A stretch of 56,744 bases of DNA, from IMG/VR virus record IMGVR_UViG_3300020381_001070, positions 1 through 56,744 of that record; one strand, given 5' to 3'. The position numbers and the translations under genes were made by a program. The DNA is from a virus. Its lineage: Duplodnaviria; Caudoviricetes. Of this stretch, positions 9,699 through 19,592 are shown one piece after another (positions within the stretch are counted from its first letter, which is position 1; every line of letters begins with the position of its first letter). Below the pieces are notes generated by a model, which made no database searches, was not told the origin of the DNA, and saw only the letters and a list, made by a program, of their open reading frames with translations.

Positions 9699-11149
9699 TG
9701 ACAGAAAATAAAAGGCAGGAACACTTAGGAGACTACAGCAGAGATTTTGCGGTGTTCTTGCCTGCTATTTCAAATTTTTACAATACATTCATATCTAAAC
9801 AAAGAGTAACTAACGGAACACATATTCCAACTGACCGTATTCCAAAAGCATTTGACAGTGGTGTAGAAGGACTTAATTTTATAAATCCAGAAGAAGGATA
9901 CTTCACTTACCCAACAGCGTTATATTCGGCAGGCCATGCTTGTTTAGATATGGACAAAGTTAATGACAGAGATAGTATGTGTGTAAACAGAGACAGAAAG
10001 TTTAGCACAATAGTAGGTGACTCTGGAGGATATCAACTAGGAAAAGGTGTAATAAAATTTGATTGGAAAGATTTTGAAGGTAACAAAGCAAACACGGTAA
10101 GAAGCAATATACTAAATTGGCTAGAACTAACAAGCGATTGGGCAATGACACTTGATGTTCCTACGTGGGCGGCAGATGATTTAAATTCACCAAAAACAGG
10201 ATTGAACAGTTTTCAAGACACACTAGATGGAACTATATACAACAACAAATTTTTCCAAAAGAATAGACTAGGACAAACAAAATTTTTGAATGTGCTACAA
10301 GGTGATGATTGGGAAACTGCTCAAATTTGGTATGATGCTGTAAAAGATTTTGAATTTGAAGGTTGGGCAATGGGCGGTATCAATATGTGTGATATGGAAG
10401 TGATGCTCAAACGTCTAATCATAATGAGAGATGAAAACAAATTAGAAGGTAAAGATTGGATGCACGTACTTGGTACATCACAGTTAGACTGGGCGTGTTT
10501 CTTAACACAAGTGCAAAGACAAGTAAGACAGCACATTAATGAAAACTTCACAATCAGTTTTGATTCAGCATCTGCATTTTTATCAACTGCTAATGGACTA
10601 GTATATACACACAACTTGTTTACTCCAAAAAGATGGTCTTACATAATGGAAAAAGCTCCAGATGACAAAAGACTAAAAGGCAGTAATATTAAATTTCCTT
10701 TTCCATCGGCAATTGGTGACAGATTAACAATGGGAGATATTTGCTGGTATGGTGAAGGCGATCTAAATAAAAACAACAAAGAAGGCAAAACAAGTTGGGA
10801 CAGTTTCAGTTACACACTAATGATGGCACACAATGTATACAATCATATAAGAGCTGTGCAAATAGCAAATGATATGAATGATATAGAAATGATAAAGTAT
10901 CAGCCAGATCCAAAAGCATGGCAAAAAATAAAAAATGCAGACAATACAGATGAGCCTAGTGAATTTGTACCAAGAAACATATTGTATTTCAACACACTAG
11001 TGGAGCAAGTGTTTACAAGTGAAAGACCAATGGAGTTGATATCAAATTCTAAAGCATTCCTGGCAGATATAAGAGGCACAAGATGGCAAAGAGCAACAGG
11101 TGGTGGTAAAGGTAAAAACAACTTTAGTTCTTTATTTGAAGGAGGATAA
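9698..11149 (+). CDS. dpdA: tRNA-guanine transglycosylase-like DNA 7-deazaguanine insertase (DpdA family)
   Basis: TGT motifs DSGGYQ, MTLDVP, NVLQG, GWAMGG, HVLG, SFDS, HN; clustered with folE and queE. Confidence 0.8.
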   Translation: MTENKRQEHLGDYSRDFAVFLPAISNFYNTFISKQRVTNGTHIPTDRIPKAFDSGVEGLNFINPEEGYFTYPTALYSAGHACLDMDKVNDRDSMCVNRDRKFSTIVGDSGGYQLGKGVIKFDWKDFEGNKANTVRSNILNWLELTSDWAMTLDVPTWAADDLNSPKTGLNSFQDTLDGTIYNNKFFQKNRLGQTKFLNVLQGDDWETAQIWYDAVKDFEFEGWAMGGINMCDMEVMLKRLIIMRDENKLEGKDWMHVLGTSQLDWACFLTQVQRQVRQHINENFTISFDSASAFLSTANGLVYTHNLFTPKRWSYIMEKAPDDKRLKGSNIKFPFPSAIGDRLTMGDICWYGEGDLNKNNKEGKTSWDSFSYTLMMAHNVYNHIRAVQIANDMNDIEMIKYQPDPKAWQKIKNADNTDEPSEFVPRNILYFNTLVEQVFTSERPMELISNSKAFLADIRGTRWQRATGGGKGKNNFSSLFEGG

Positions 11150-11347
11150 ATGAAAGTAAAAAGTAAAGCATATAAAAAATTAAAAGATCAACATGATTAT
11201 CTAAAAAGAAAAGTGGAAGAGCTTACCGAAGACAGAAAAAAAGATAGAAGCTCAGAAAGTAAAACTTTGCTCATGCGTCTTAAAAAAAGCAAATTAGCTT
11301 TAAAAGATGCACTGGTACGTGCAAAAGCAACATTGACAAAAAAGTAA
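11150..11347 (+). CDS. Small coiled-coil protein (DUF465/YdcH-like)
   Basis: L...H..L...V.EL...L.RLKK.KL.LKD pattern. Confidence 0.55.
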   Translation: MKVKSKAYKKLKDQHDYLKRKVEELTEDRKKDRSSESKTLLMRLKKSKLALKDALVRAKATLTKK

Positions 11348-11361
11348 ATTTATAGTAATAT
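11333..11361 (+). promoter_or_regulatory. Sigma70-type promoter TTGACA-N17-TAATAT (leaderless)
   Basis: Perfect -35; -10 ends 5 nt before ATG 11367. Confidence 0.55.
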
Positions 11362-11366
11362 AAACT

Positions 11367-11915
11367 ATGCTTAGAACTTATGATTCTGGAATGAAAGATG
11401 ACATAAAAGTGTTTTCTGGAAAAGAAGTGGAACACACGCCGGCATTTGGAAAACAGACCTTATTCTTGGCAACTAATGAATTAACATTTGATGCAATACA
11501 AGAAATGGCAGTAAAGGTGAATGCGGAAGCTATCTATTATGGTGCAAACAGAACATTCATGCACAACGTGGCTACACAGATTGCACAGATCATGAAATTT
11601 TTAGACATGGGATATTTCGTCACTATAGATTATCAATACAACTTACACAATGAAGTTAAGAAAAGATTCAGCAGTGTGTGGAACAAGGAAAAATTTATTC
11701 CATTTTGCTCTATAATTTTTGACAACAGTGAAGAAGATAACAATTTATGTATAAAGGTAGATGATGTTGATTTCAATAAAACAAATCCAGGTGTATGGAC
11801 AATGAGTATGAATCATTTTAAACAATCATCAGGATTTACATCTTGGAATGATTATAAAAAAGATAAACCAATGGAGGAAGACACATGGCTGATGCGGATC
11901 CAACATACGAATTAA
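11367..11915 (+). CDS. Hypothetical protein in the deazaguanine locus
   Basis: G.EVEHTPAFG..TLF, K.DD.DF..TNPGVW motifs; function unknown. Confidence 0.55.
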   Translation: MLRTYDSGMKDDIKVFSGKEVEHTPAFGKQTLFLATNELTFDAIQEMAVKVNAEAIYYGANRTFMHNVATQIAQIMKFLDMGYFVTIDYQYNLHNEVKKRFSSVWNKEKFIPFCSIIFDNSEEDNNLCIKVDDVDFNKTNPGVWTMSMNHFKQSSGFTSWNDYKKDKPMEEDTWLMRIQHTN

Positions 11916-12328
11916 GAGAGAAAGCATTGAAAGAACAAGCGGCAAAAGGATCTAAGATGATATGGGTGACTTTTCGTAAAGAGGGTATACACAAGTATCC
12001 TGCGGCATTAGATGATCCTAAATTGGCTACTGGAGACAGATATGATGTAAGTTTTTTAGGGTATCCACACAGACACATATTTCACTTCAAAGTTGCCATT
12101 GAGGTGTTTCATGATGATAGAGATATTGAGTTTATACAATTTAAAAGATGGATAGAAGACATGTACAGTGAAGGCACACTTAAACTTGACTACAAGTCAT
12201 GTGAAATGATGTCTGATGATTTGTATGTTGCGATTACAAAGAGATATCCAGGTAGACAAATTGAAATAGATGTATCAGAAGATGGAGAGAATGGGAGTCA
12301 TGCAGTTTATGAAAGAAATACAAATTAA
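11885..12328 (+). CDS. T-fold QueD paralogue, probably DpdL-like (CDG decarboxylase)
   Basis: H..; LGYPHRHIF (LxxxHRHxF) in place of QueD CxxxHGH; DRDIEFI; SCEM; EDGENG. Confidence 0.7.
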   Translation: MADADPTYELREKALKEQAAKGSKMIWVTFRKEGIHKYPAALDDPKLATGDRYDVSFLGYPHRHIFHFKVAIEVFHDDRDIEFIQFKRWIEDMYSEGTLKLDYKSCEMMSDDLYVAITKRYPGRQIEIDVSEDGENGSHAVYERNTN

Positions 12329-12629
12329 AGAAAACAGAGCTACAACAAGAATGGGGTATCTTCCTATAGGCGGAGGTGGGCTTAATGCGTCATACACATT
12401 TGTAGATGCAGTTGCAAATATTTGCACAACCGCAGGTAACTTAGGCTTGAAATACGGTAAAGACTTTATTTGGGCATATCACGGATATGACAATGATGAT
12501 GATGATTGTGTAACACTATTAGTAAAAGACGAAAAGTACGAAACTTTTTTACACTTGGCTTTACAAAATAAACATGTTATAAAACACACAGATAGTGGTA
12601 ATGTAAAATTAATAAAGGAGGCAAACTAG
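12309..12629 (+). CDS. Hypothetical protein
   Basis: ORF in operon; ATG 12309 with GGAG upstream. Confidence 0.5.
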   Translation: MKEIQIKENRATTRMGYLPIGGGGLNASYTFVDAVANICTTAGNLGLKYGKDFIWAYHGYDNDDDDCVTLLVKDEKYETFLHLALQNKHVIKHTDSGNVKLIKEAN

Positions 12630-12630
12630 T

Positions 12631-13161
12631 ATGAGAGTACCGTATACAAATTTTAAAACTAGAATTGGTGATACTGATGAAGTAGGTGGTTGTACTTTTA
12701 TTGGTGGCGAATGGAAAGACATAGACACTGAAGAACTTTTTGCAAATAAAAAAGTTGTTGTATTCGCACTTCCTGGAGCATTTACACCAACTTGTTCATC
12801 GCAACAAGTACCAGGGTATGAGGCAAAGTATGAAGAGTTCAAAACGGCAGGCATTGATGAAGTGTATTGTATATCAGTGAATGATGCATTTGTTATGAAT
12901 GCATGGTTCAAAGACCAAAATGTTAAACAGGTTAAACCTATAGGAGATGGTGAAGCTGTTTTCACACAAGGGATGGGCATGCTTGTGAATAAACCAAAGC
13001 AAGGGTTTGGTATGAGATCTTGGAGATATTCAATGCTTGTAGATAATGGTAACATAGTAAAACAATTTATTGAACCAGGAAAAAATAATGCAAGTGATGA
13101 CGATGATCCGTTTGAGGTATCAGATGCTGACACAATGTTAAACTTTATAAAAGGAAAATAA
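12631..13161 (+). CDS. Peroxiredoxin (Prx5/type II)
   Basis: LPGAFTPTCS, SVNDAFVM.AW, GMRSWRYSM. Confidence 0.93.
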   Translation: MRVPYTNFKTRIGDTDEVGGCTFIGGEWKDIDTEELFANKKVVVFALPGAFTPTCSSQQVPGYEAKYEEFKTAGIDEVYCISVNDAFVMNAWFKDQNVKQVKPIGDGEAVFTQGMGMLVNKPKQGFGMRSWRYSMLVDNGNIVKQFIEPGKNNASDDDDPFEVSDADTMLNFIKGK

Positions 13162-14327
13162 TGAAAATTTTCTACATGGGATTGGAGCCATACGAAGGTA
13201 GATATACTTTACAGCTTTCGGATTGGACTGAACGTGCTTATAAGAAACGTGGTATAGAATATGTTGTTGTGCCTGGCACAACTATTGATGATTCCAAAGC
13301 AATAGTCACAGGACAAGTATTAGATGCACATGGCAGAAGCTATTTTGGTATGAGTCAAATGATGAATCTTGTACAGATGATGAAGGCAGGTGAAATTACA
13401 TCAAGTGATATTATCTTCTTTGAAGACATGTTTCAACCAGGTATTGAAGCATTGCCGTACATACTACAACAATCACCAGAAGAATACAGGCCAAAAATAT
13501 ATCTAAGATGTTTAGCACAATCAATTGATCCAGATGATTTTGTTCATGTTTGGGGTATGAGTAAATGGATGAGCTTGTACGAAGAAATGTGCAATGAGAT
13601 TCCAAATGTAACTATTCTAGCAAGTAATGAGGAAATGGTTGCAAACATGCGTATTGCCAACTGGAAGGCTCCTATTTACAACATATCAGGTTTAAGTTTT
13701 GGCAAAGAAGAAGTACAAAGTAGAGTAGAACAAAAACTTTTCATTGAAAGAAAACAAAGAGTGGTTTTTGGCGCAAGATGGGACCAAGAAAAACAGCCAC
13801 AATTTTTTATGGATCTTGCACAAGCGTACAAACAAAAACATCCAGAAACAGAATTTGCAATATGTTCAGGTGGACCTTTGAGATCTAATAACGAGTACTA
13901 TGTCGACGAGGCAAAACATTTAGCTAATGAAGGCATAATAACGATAAATGAAAATTTGCAAAAAAATGATTATTACAATATACTTGCAGACTCAAGAGTA
14001 TTATTTAATTGTGCTTTACAAGACTGGACATCTAACACAGTCAGTGAAGCAGATGCGTTAGGTTGTAATGTGCTATTTCCAGCATACAGATCATTTCCAG
14101 AAGTGTTTTCAAATGACCATACAAGAATGTATGTGCCTTGGTCACAGCAGGACGCAATGAGTAAATTAGAAATATTATTAAGTAAACCATCCCCTAGTAT
14201 GGGTCAAATATCTGATTGGACTGACAGTACCATAGACAGAATGATAGACATCATGACAGGCAAGGGCGAACAATGGAGAAGAGATGGACCCCACTACAGA
14301 ACACCCGTTTCAGAAAACAAATATTAA
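13161..14327 (+). CDS. GT-B fold glycosyltransferase (GT4-like)
   Basis: RWDQEKQP, Y..IL..SRV, QD..SNT.SEA.ALGC..L.P..RSFPE acceptor/donor motifs. Confidence 0.8.
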   Translation: MKIFYMGLEPYEGRYTLQLSDWTERAYKKRGIEYVVVPGTTIDDSKAIVTGQVLDAHGRSYFGMSQMMNLVQMMKAGEITSSDIIFFEDMFQPGIEALPYILQQSPEEYRPKIYLRCLAQSIDPDDFVHVWGMSKWMSLYEEMCNEIPNVTILASNEEMVANMRIANWKAPIYNISGLSFGKEEVQSRVEQKLFIERKQRVVFGARWDQEKQPQFFMDLAQAYKQKHPETEFAICSGGPLRSNNEYYVDEAKHLANEGIITINENLQKNDYYNILADSRVLFNCALQDWTSNTVSEADALGCNVLFPAYRSFPEVFSNDHTRMYVPWSQQDAMSKLEILLSKPSPSMGQISDWTDSTIDRMIDIMTGKGEQWRRDGPHYRTPVSENKY

Positions 14328-15315
14328 AAGCCCTAACAAAGCAGTGCTAGTCACAGGCGGTGCTGGATATGTTGGGTCTCATACTTGTAAATTACTTGCA
14401 AAAAATGGTTACGTGCCTGTCGTTGTTGACCGGCATTACAACAAAGGCCTTGTGTCATTTGGCCCAAACTACAATTTACAACTACCACAAGAAATAGATA
14501 GATTAGATGAAATAGTAAAACGTTACAATATCACAAGTTGTATACACTTTGCTGGCAGTACAAGTGTGCCAGAATCTGTGTCAAATCCTTCGCTATACTA
14601 CAAAAACAATTTAATAGTAACACTAAGTCTACTAGATAAGTTAGTTTCCTTAGACATAAAAACTTTTGTGTATAGTTCAAGTGCCGCAGTTTATGGCGAT
14701 CCAGGAATGCGTAAATGTAAGGAGTCAGATGAGGCAAAACCAATTAGTTCTTATGGAGCAAGTAAATTAATGATGGAGCAAATTTGTAAAGACTATAAAG
14801 TTGCTTACGGATTATCTAGTGTGGGGCTAAGATATTTTAATGCCGCTGGAGCCGACCCAGAAGGTGAAGTAGGAGAACTTAGAAGTAAAGAGACACACAT
14901 TATACCACTAGCCATAAAGGCATCAAGACAAGGTAAGCCTTTCACAATGTTTGGAGATCAATATAACACTGAAGATGGCTCGTGTGTAAGAGACTATGTT
15001 CACGTTATGGATCTAGCTGATGCACACTTGAAAGCACTTAACTTTGCTTCGGAAAATACTATATCTGAGGTGTTTAATTTAGGCTCTGGAGCTCCTGCTT
15101 CAAATAAAGAACTATTAGACACAGTTCAAAAATACACAGGAAAAATGGATATACAAATACATCCAAACCGTCCAGGAGATCCTGCGTATTTGGTTGCAGA
15201 TATAACCAAAGTAAAAGAAATATTGGGATGGCATCCTAATCAAAGTTCAATTGATAACGTAGTTGCGACTGCTGTAAAATGGTACAATAAAAAGAATAAA
15301 AAGGACATACAATAG
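14284..15315 (+). CDS. galE: UDP-glucose 4-epimerase
   Basis: TGGAGYVGSH, SSSAAVYG, YGASK, LRYFNAAGA, RDYVHV.DLA.AH. Confidence 0.92.
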   Translation: MDPTTEHPFQKTNIKSPNKAVLVTGGAGYVGSHTCKLLAKNGYVPVVVDRHYNKGLVSFGPNYNLQLPQEIDRLDEIVKRYNITSCIHFAGSTSVPESVSNPSLYYKNNLIVTLSLLDKLVSLDIKTFVYSSSAAVYGDPGMRKCKESDEAKPISSYGASKLMMEQICKDYKVAYGLSSVGLRYFNAAGADPEGEVGELRSKETHIIPLAIKASRQGKPFTMFGDQYNTEDGSCVRDYVHVMDLADAHLKALNFASENTISEVFNLGSGAPASNKELLDTVQKYTGKMDIQIHPNRPGDPAYLVADITKVKEILGWHPNQSSIDNVVATAVKWYNKKNKKDIQ

Positions 15316-15755
15316 TGTCCGAGCAAATTGCTGTCAGTATGCACTTTGGTGTGCAAACACACAAGCCTAATTATTTGCCGATTGTAGAAATTAAATTAGA
15401 TGAGCTTGTTGTAATTAAAAAGCATGAAATAAGGCATGACAATGTGTTAAATTTTAAATTAGATTTATTGGACAATAAAGAACATACCCTCACAGTCAAC
15501 AGGACAGGACATAATGAAAAGGATAAGCAAATATTATCAATAATAAATTTGACAGTTGATGAAATTAATCTAAATAAGTTATTAGATATGACAGTGTACA
15601 AACCAGATTATCCTAAGTTATGGCTAAAAGAACAACAAGATGCTGGGCATGATCAACCAAAATATCAAAAAGGTTGGCGAGATTTTGGATTCAATGGCCA
15701 GTGGCGGATGAACTTCACAACTCCTTTTTACACATGGCTACTGAAAAACACATGA
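15315..15755 (+). CDS. Hypothetical beta-sandwich protein, similar to the N-terminus of 24288..25337
   Basis: P..I.., L...R(T/S)G, L.I....V..I, NG.(W/Y) shared. Confidence 0.5.
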   Translation: MSEQIAVSMHFGVQTHKPNYLPIVEIKLDELVVIKKHEIRHDNVLNFKLDLLDNKEHTLTVNRTGHNEKDKQILSIINLTVDEINLNKLLDMTVYKPDYPKLWLKEQQDAGHDQPKYQKGWRDFGFNGQWRMNFTTPFYTWLLKNT

Positions 15756-16894
15756 TAGATCCAAAAAAAAAATATAATTTGTTTAGACAAAACAAAAATT
15801 TTTGTGTAGTACCATGGACAAATTTTGAACTTTACACAAATGGTGATGTTCGTACTTGTAGTGTAGGAAGAACTAGACTAGGAAATGTAAACAAAACTAG
15901 CATACATGATATACTTGGTGGCGATAAACTTACAAGTATTAGACAAAATATGTTAGATAACAAGGCTGATAAGAACTGTGGTTGGTGTGTACATAGAACA
16001 ATTTCAGATAACAACTTTTCTTATTTGCGTGATCATTATAATTCAAGACTAATTGATGAGGATATTGATTATCTTGATAAGAATAATTTTGATCTACGAT
16101 TTATTGACTTGCACTGGTCTAATATATGTAACTTGCGTTGTGTAATGTGCTGGCCACAACAAAGTAGTCTTATAGCTAAAGATGAAAAAGTTGTGACAGC
16201 ATCTGTAAACAAAAAAAATATAAACATGATAATTGATATGATTAAAAAAAATCAAAGCAACTTGAAAGAAATTTATCTCAGTGGTGGTGAACCTTTTTAT
16301 ATTCCTTACAATACAATCCTGCTAGAACAATTAGAAAACACAGACATACCTTTAAGAATTAATACCAATATGCACTGGCAAAAAAATAATAAACTTTTTA
16401 AAATATTATGTAAAAAATTTAAAAATGTTCAATTAACAATGAGTGTAGATGCACTTGGTAGTAAATTTAATTATATACGTAACGGCGCCAATTGGAATAG
16501 ATTTATTTCAAACCTAAAGTATGTGCGAGATAATACAAATTTTGACATACGTGTTAATTCTATTTTTAGTGTTATGAATGCAATAGATGTAGATAAGGTT
16601 GTAAATTTTTTCTACCATAAAGAAAATATTAAAGACATTACAATAAACATTTTACATAGGCCTGCTCCTATTGATGCAAAAAATTATCCAACAGAAAAAA
16701 AAGCAGAGATTATAAAAAAATTAGAACAATGCTTAAAAACTTTAGCAAAGGAAGATACAAATTTAATTAATAACATTAAAAACTGTATCATGCAAATTAA
16801 ATTGCCAAAGCAAGAGAATTATATTTCAACTTTAGATAATATTACAAAAAGGCATACAACTAAGTGGCAAGAAATGTTTAAGGACTTAGTATGA
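15752..16894 (+). CDS. Radical SAM enzyme with N-terminal Twitch/SPASM-like Cys cluster
   Basis: FCVVPW..C..CGWC; CNLRCVMC; SGGEP; NTN; ATG 15752 overlaps the upstream stop. Confidence 0.88.
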   Translation: MIDPKKKYNLFRQNKNFCVVPWTNFELYTNGDVRTCSVGRTRLGNVNKTSIHDILGGDKLTSIRQNMLDNKADKNCGWCVHRTISDNNFSYLRDHYNSRLIDEDIDYLDKNNFDLRFIDLHWSNICNLRCVMCWPQQSSLIAKDEKVVTASVNKKNINMIIDMIKKNQSNLKEIYLSGGEPFYIPYNTILLEQLENTDIPLRINTNMHWQKNNKLFKILCKKFKNVQLTMSVDALGSKFNYIRNGANWNRFISNLKYVRDNTNFDIRVNSIFSVMNAIDVDKVVNFFYHKENIKDITINILHRPAPIDAKNYPTEKKAEIIKKLEQCLKTLAKEDTNLINNIKNCIMQIKLPKQENYISTLDNITKRHTTKWQEMFKDLV

Positions 16895-17496
16895 AAAATG
16901 CATTATTAGTAGGTTGTGGGAACACACGTGGTGAAAACATAATTTTAGGATGTAAGAATGCAGGCTACCATGTTACAAATATAGGGCAGACGCAATCAAA
17001 AATAGATGGAGTTAATAATATCTCAGTAACATGGAAGGAATTAGGAATTACGAATTTACATAAAATTTTATATCAAATAAAAACTGATGTTGATTTAATA
17101 TTTTTCAATCAAAATTCTTCTAGTTTAGCTGGTAAAAATTTTACACAAACAATTGACACTTTAGACTTATGGAGTCTTACAAAAAATTGGACACAAAGTT
17201 ATTGGTTAAGTTGTCAAATGCCATACATGCTTATAAAAAATTTTGAACACAAAATAAATGATAATTGTAACATAGGTTGGATGTTATCAAGTTATATTGA
17301 TAAAGACAAGTCCGGCGTTGTAGACTATCCTGATTACAGTGGCTATAAATTTACCAATTACCTAATAATGAAAAATTTCAGTAAAAAATACAACACTTTT
17401 GGCATAAATCCAGAATTTGGATCTACTGACAAAATACAAAAATTAATAGGTGACATTTGTAATGGCAATATTAAATGCAATGGTGAAATATTTTAA
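16891..17496 (+). CDS. Short-chain dehydrogenase-like (Rossmann) protein
   Basis: ALLVGCGNTRG; DLIFFNQN; YSGYK (YxxxK); GINP. Confidence 0.55.
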   Translation: MKNALLVGCGNTRGENIILGCKNAGYHVTNIGQTQSKIDGVNNISVTWKELGITNLHKILYQIKTDVDLIFFNQNSSSLAGKNFTQTIDTLDLWSLTKNWTQSYWLSCQMPYMLIKNFEHKINDNCNIGWMLSSYIDKDKSGVVDYPDYSGYKFTNYLIMKNFSKKYNTFGINPEFGSTDKIQKLIGDICNGNIKCNGEIF

Positions 17497-17497
17497 A

Positions 17498-17526
17498 TTG
17501 ACTTTGTTACAATACGCAACTATAAT
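17498..17526 (+). promoter_or_regulatory. Sigma70-type promoter TTGACT-N17-TATAAT
   Basis: Near-perfect consensus; AAGGA before ATG 17539. Confidence 0.7.
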
Positions 17527-17538
17527 AAAGGATATACT

Positions 17539-18258
17539 ATGAACGATAGACTAAAAGATAGTTGGGCACCAGAAGGGCCTGTAAGTAAAACAATAAAAGA
17601 AAGAATACAAAAAGCTGGCAAGAGATTTCATTCAAACGACAACATATCTGAATTTATAGAAGATGGCGAGATGGATCTATTACAAGCAGAAGTACAAGAA
17701 AAATTACAAGGAGTCTTAGACAGTCTTGTCATTGACACACAGAATGACCACAACACACAGGAAACTGCAAAACGTGTGGCAAAGATGTACATCAGAGAAA
17801 CATTTGGTGGTAGATTCAAACCAGCGCCAAGAGTTACAAGTTTTCCTAACATGGGCTACAAAAGCATGTACACTAGTGGTCCAATATCCATTAGATCAAC
17901 GTGTGCCCATCACTTTCAAAACATTGTAGGCAAGGCATGGATTGGTATTATTCCAAACGGTGAGGTTATTGGACTTAGTAAGTTTAATAGAATAGTGCAT
18001 CACATAGTTGAAAGACCGCAAATACAAGAAGAGATGACAACACAGATTGCTGATGAACTGAAAAAATATGCTAAAACGGAAAACCTTGCAGTAGTTGTAA
18101 AAGCCGAACATCATTGTATGACACACAGAGGTGTAAGAGAGCATGAAAGCGATATGACAACAGCGATAATGCTTGGTGCTTTTAAGGAAGATCCAGCAAC
18201 CAGAGATGAGTTTTATAAAATTTGTATGAGCATGAAAGGTCATGGTAATGGCAACTAA
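17539..18258 (+). CDS. folE: GTP cyclohydrolase I
   Basis: ETAKRVAKMY, STCAHH, IGLSKFNRIV, RPQIQE, H.CMTHRGV. Confidence 0.95.
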   Translation: MNDRLKDSWAPEGPVSKTIKERIQKAGKRFHSNDNISEFIEDGEMDLLQAEVQEKLQGVLDSLVIDTQNDHNTQETAKRVAKMYIRETFGGRFKPAPRVTSFPNMGYKSMYTSGPISIRSTCAHHFQNIVGKAWIGIIPNGEVIGLSKFNRIVHHIVERPQIQEEMTTQIADELKKYAKTENLAVVVKAEHHCMTHRGVREHESDMTTAIMLGAFKEDPATRDEFYKICMSMKGHGNGN

Positions 18259-18553
18259 AAAAAAATTACAAAAGAAAAAATTGACAAAGAAACAGATCAA
18301 AGAAATGCAAGCAAATGTTCAATCTGACATGCAGGAATGGACACTAGGCGGTGGTGAATTGAATGTAGGCACCGCAACAATTACCGGAAGCCCAATGGAT
18401 AATGACTTTGAAATAACTTATGGACAAATGGATATGGGATTTGACGAAGACGAACTGAAAAAAAAGTACCCTGCTTTACAAGACGCACATGAACACTATC
18501 AAAATATTTTAGATATGTGTAGAACACGAGAGAAGGAAGAGAATGAGGATTAA
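18248..18553 (+). CDS. Hypothetical protein
   Basis: Basic N-terminus; KYPALQDA.EHY motif. Confidence 0.5.
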   Translation: MATKKKLQKKKLTKKQIKEMQANVQSDMQEWTLGGGELNVGTATITGSPMDNDFEITYGQMDMGFDEDELKKKYPALQDAHEHYQNILDMCRTREKEENED

Positions 18554-19592
18554 AGAAGACATAAAACTTAACTTTGATGATGTGTTAATGGAACCTAAAA
18601 GATCTACATTAAGTTCAAGACGTGACGTTGACATGACTAGGAAGTTTACATTTATAAATTCGGGTAAAGTAATGAACTTTACGCCTATCTTTGCAAGTAA
18701 CATGGACGGCGTTGGCACATTTAGCATGGCAAAGGTGTTACAAGAACACAAAATGATGACTGTAATTACTAAAAGCACGCCATTGGACAAATGGAAAGAG
18801 GCTGTTGGAACTGGCCTGCGATTACAAAGTGTATCTGTTTCCGTAGGTACTAACAAAATGTGGGATAATGACGCCGCTGATTATAGGAATATGGAGGCAG
18901 TCTTACAAAGTTTTCCAGACGTCAAAATGATTACAGTTGATGTGGCAAATGCATACCATCAAAATTTTGTGGATTTTATTAAAAAAGTTAGAGATGACTA
19001 TCCTGAAAAAGTAATTGTTGCTGGCAATGTTGTTACTCCGGAGATGGTAGAAGAATTAATTATTAATGGTGCTGACATGGTTAAGATTGGTATTGGACCT
19101 GGTTCTGTATGTACAACAAGAACAATGACCGGAGTAGGTGTGCCACAGTTTTCAGCAATATTAGAATGTGCTGACGCCGCGAATGGAGTAGATGGACACA
19201 TAATGGCTGATGGAGGCTGTGTTTATCCTGGTGATATAGCAAAAGCATTAGGTGGAGGTGCTCATGCTGTAATGATTGGAGGTATGCTAGCAGGACACAA
19301 TGAATCAGAAATTCAGGTAGAAGACGGCAAACGTGAATTTTATGGCATGAGTTCAGACCGTGCAAGAGAAATTCACGGCAAAAGAAAAGATGGCTACAGA
19401 GGAAATGAAGGTCGACATGTATCTCTACCCGATAGAGGACCTGTAAATGATACCGTTGAAGATATTTTAGGTGGAATACGATCAGCGGCCACATATATTG
19501 GTGCAAGGCGACTTAAAGATATGCCAAAATGTTCTACCTTTGTAAGGGTTGAAAATAACATTAACAGAGTATATGAGCGATACACAAAGTAA
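18543..19592 (+). CDS. guaC: GMP reductase
   Basis: KLNFDDVL..PKRSTL.SR, NMDGVGTF, DVAN.Y, GIGPGSVCTTR, FYGMSS; no CBS domain. Confidence 0.92.
   Translation: MRIKEDIKLNFDDVLMEPKRSTLSSRRDVDMTRKFTFINSGKVMNFTPIFASNMDGVGTFSMAKVLQEHKMMTVITKSTPLDKWKEAVGTGLRLQSVSVSVGTNKMWDNDAADYRNMEAVLQSFPDVKMITVDVANAYHQNFVDFIKKVRDDYPEKVIVAGNVVTPEMVEELIINGADMVKIGIGPGSVCTTRTMTGVGVPQFSAILECADAANGVDGHIMADGGCVYPGDIAKALGGGAHAVMIGGMLAGHNESEIQVEDGKREFYGMSSDRAREIHGKRKDGYRGNEGRHVSLPDRGPVNDTVEDILGGIRSAATYIGARRLKDMPKCSTFVRVENNINRVYERYTK

Noticed and set aside
9698-11149. Calling this gene a tRNA-modifying Tgt for queuosine
   Set aside because: Lacks the C-terminal Zn-binding CxCxxC of bacterial Tgt; phage replication context and no tRNAs seen favour a DNA-acting DpdA
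11885-12328. Calling this gene canonical queD
   Set aside because: The catalytic Cys of CxxxHGH is absent, so no symbol was assigned
18543-19592. IMP dehydrogenase (guaB)
   Set aside because: PKRSTL.SR and NMDGVGTF motifs, short length and no CBS domain fit GuaC
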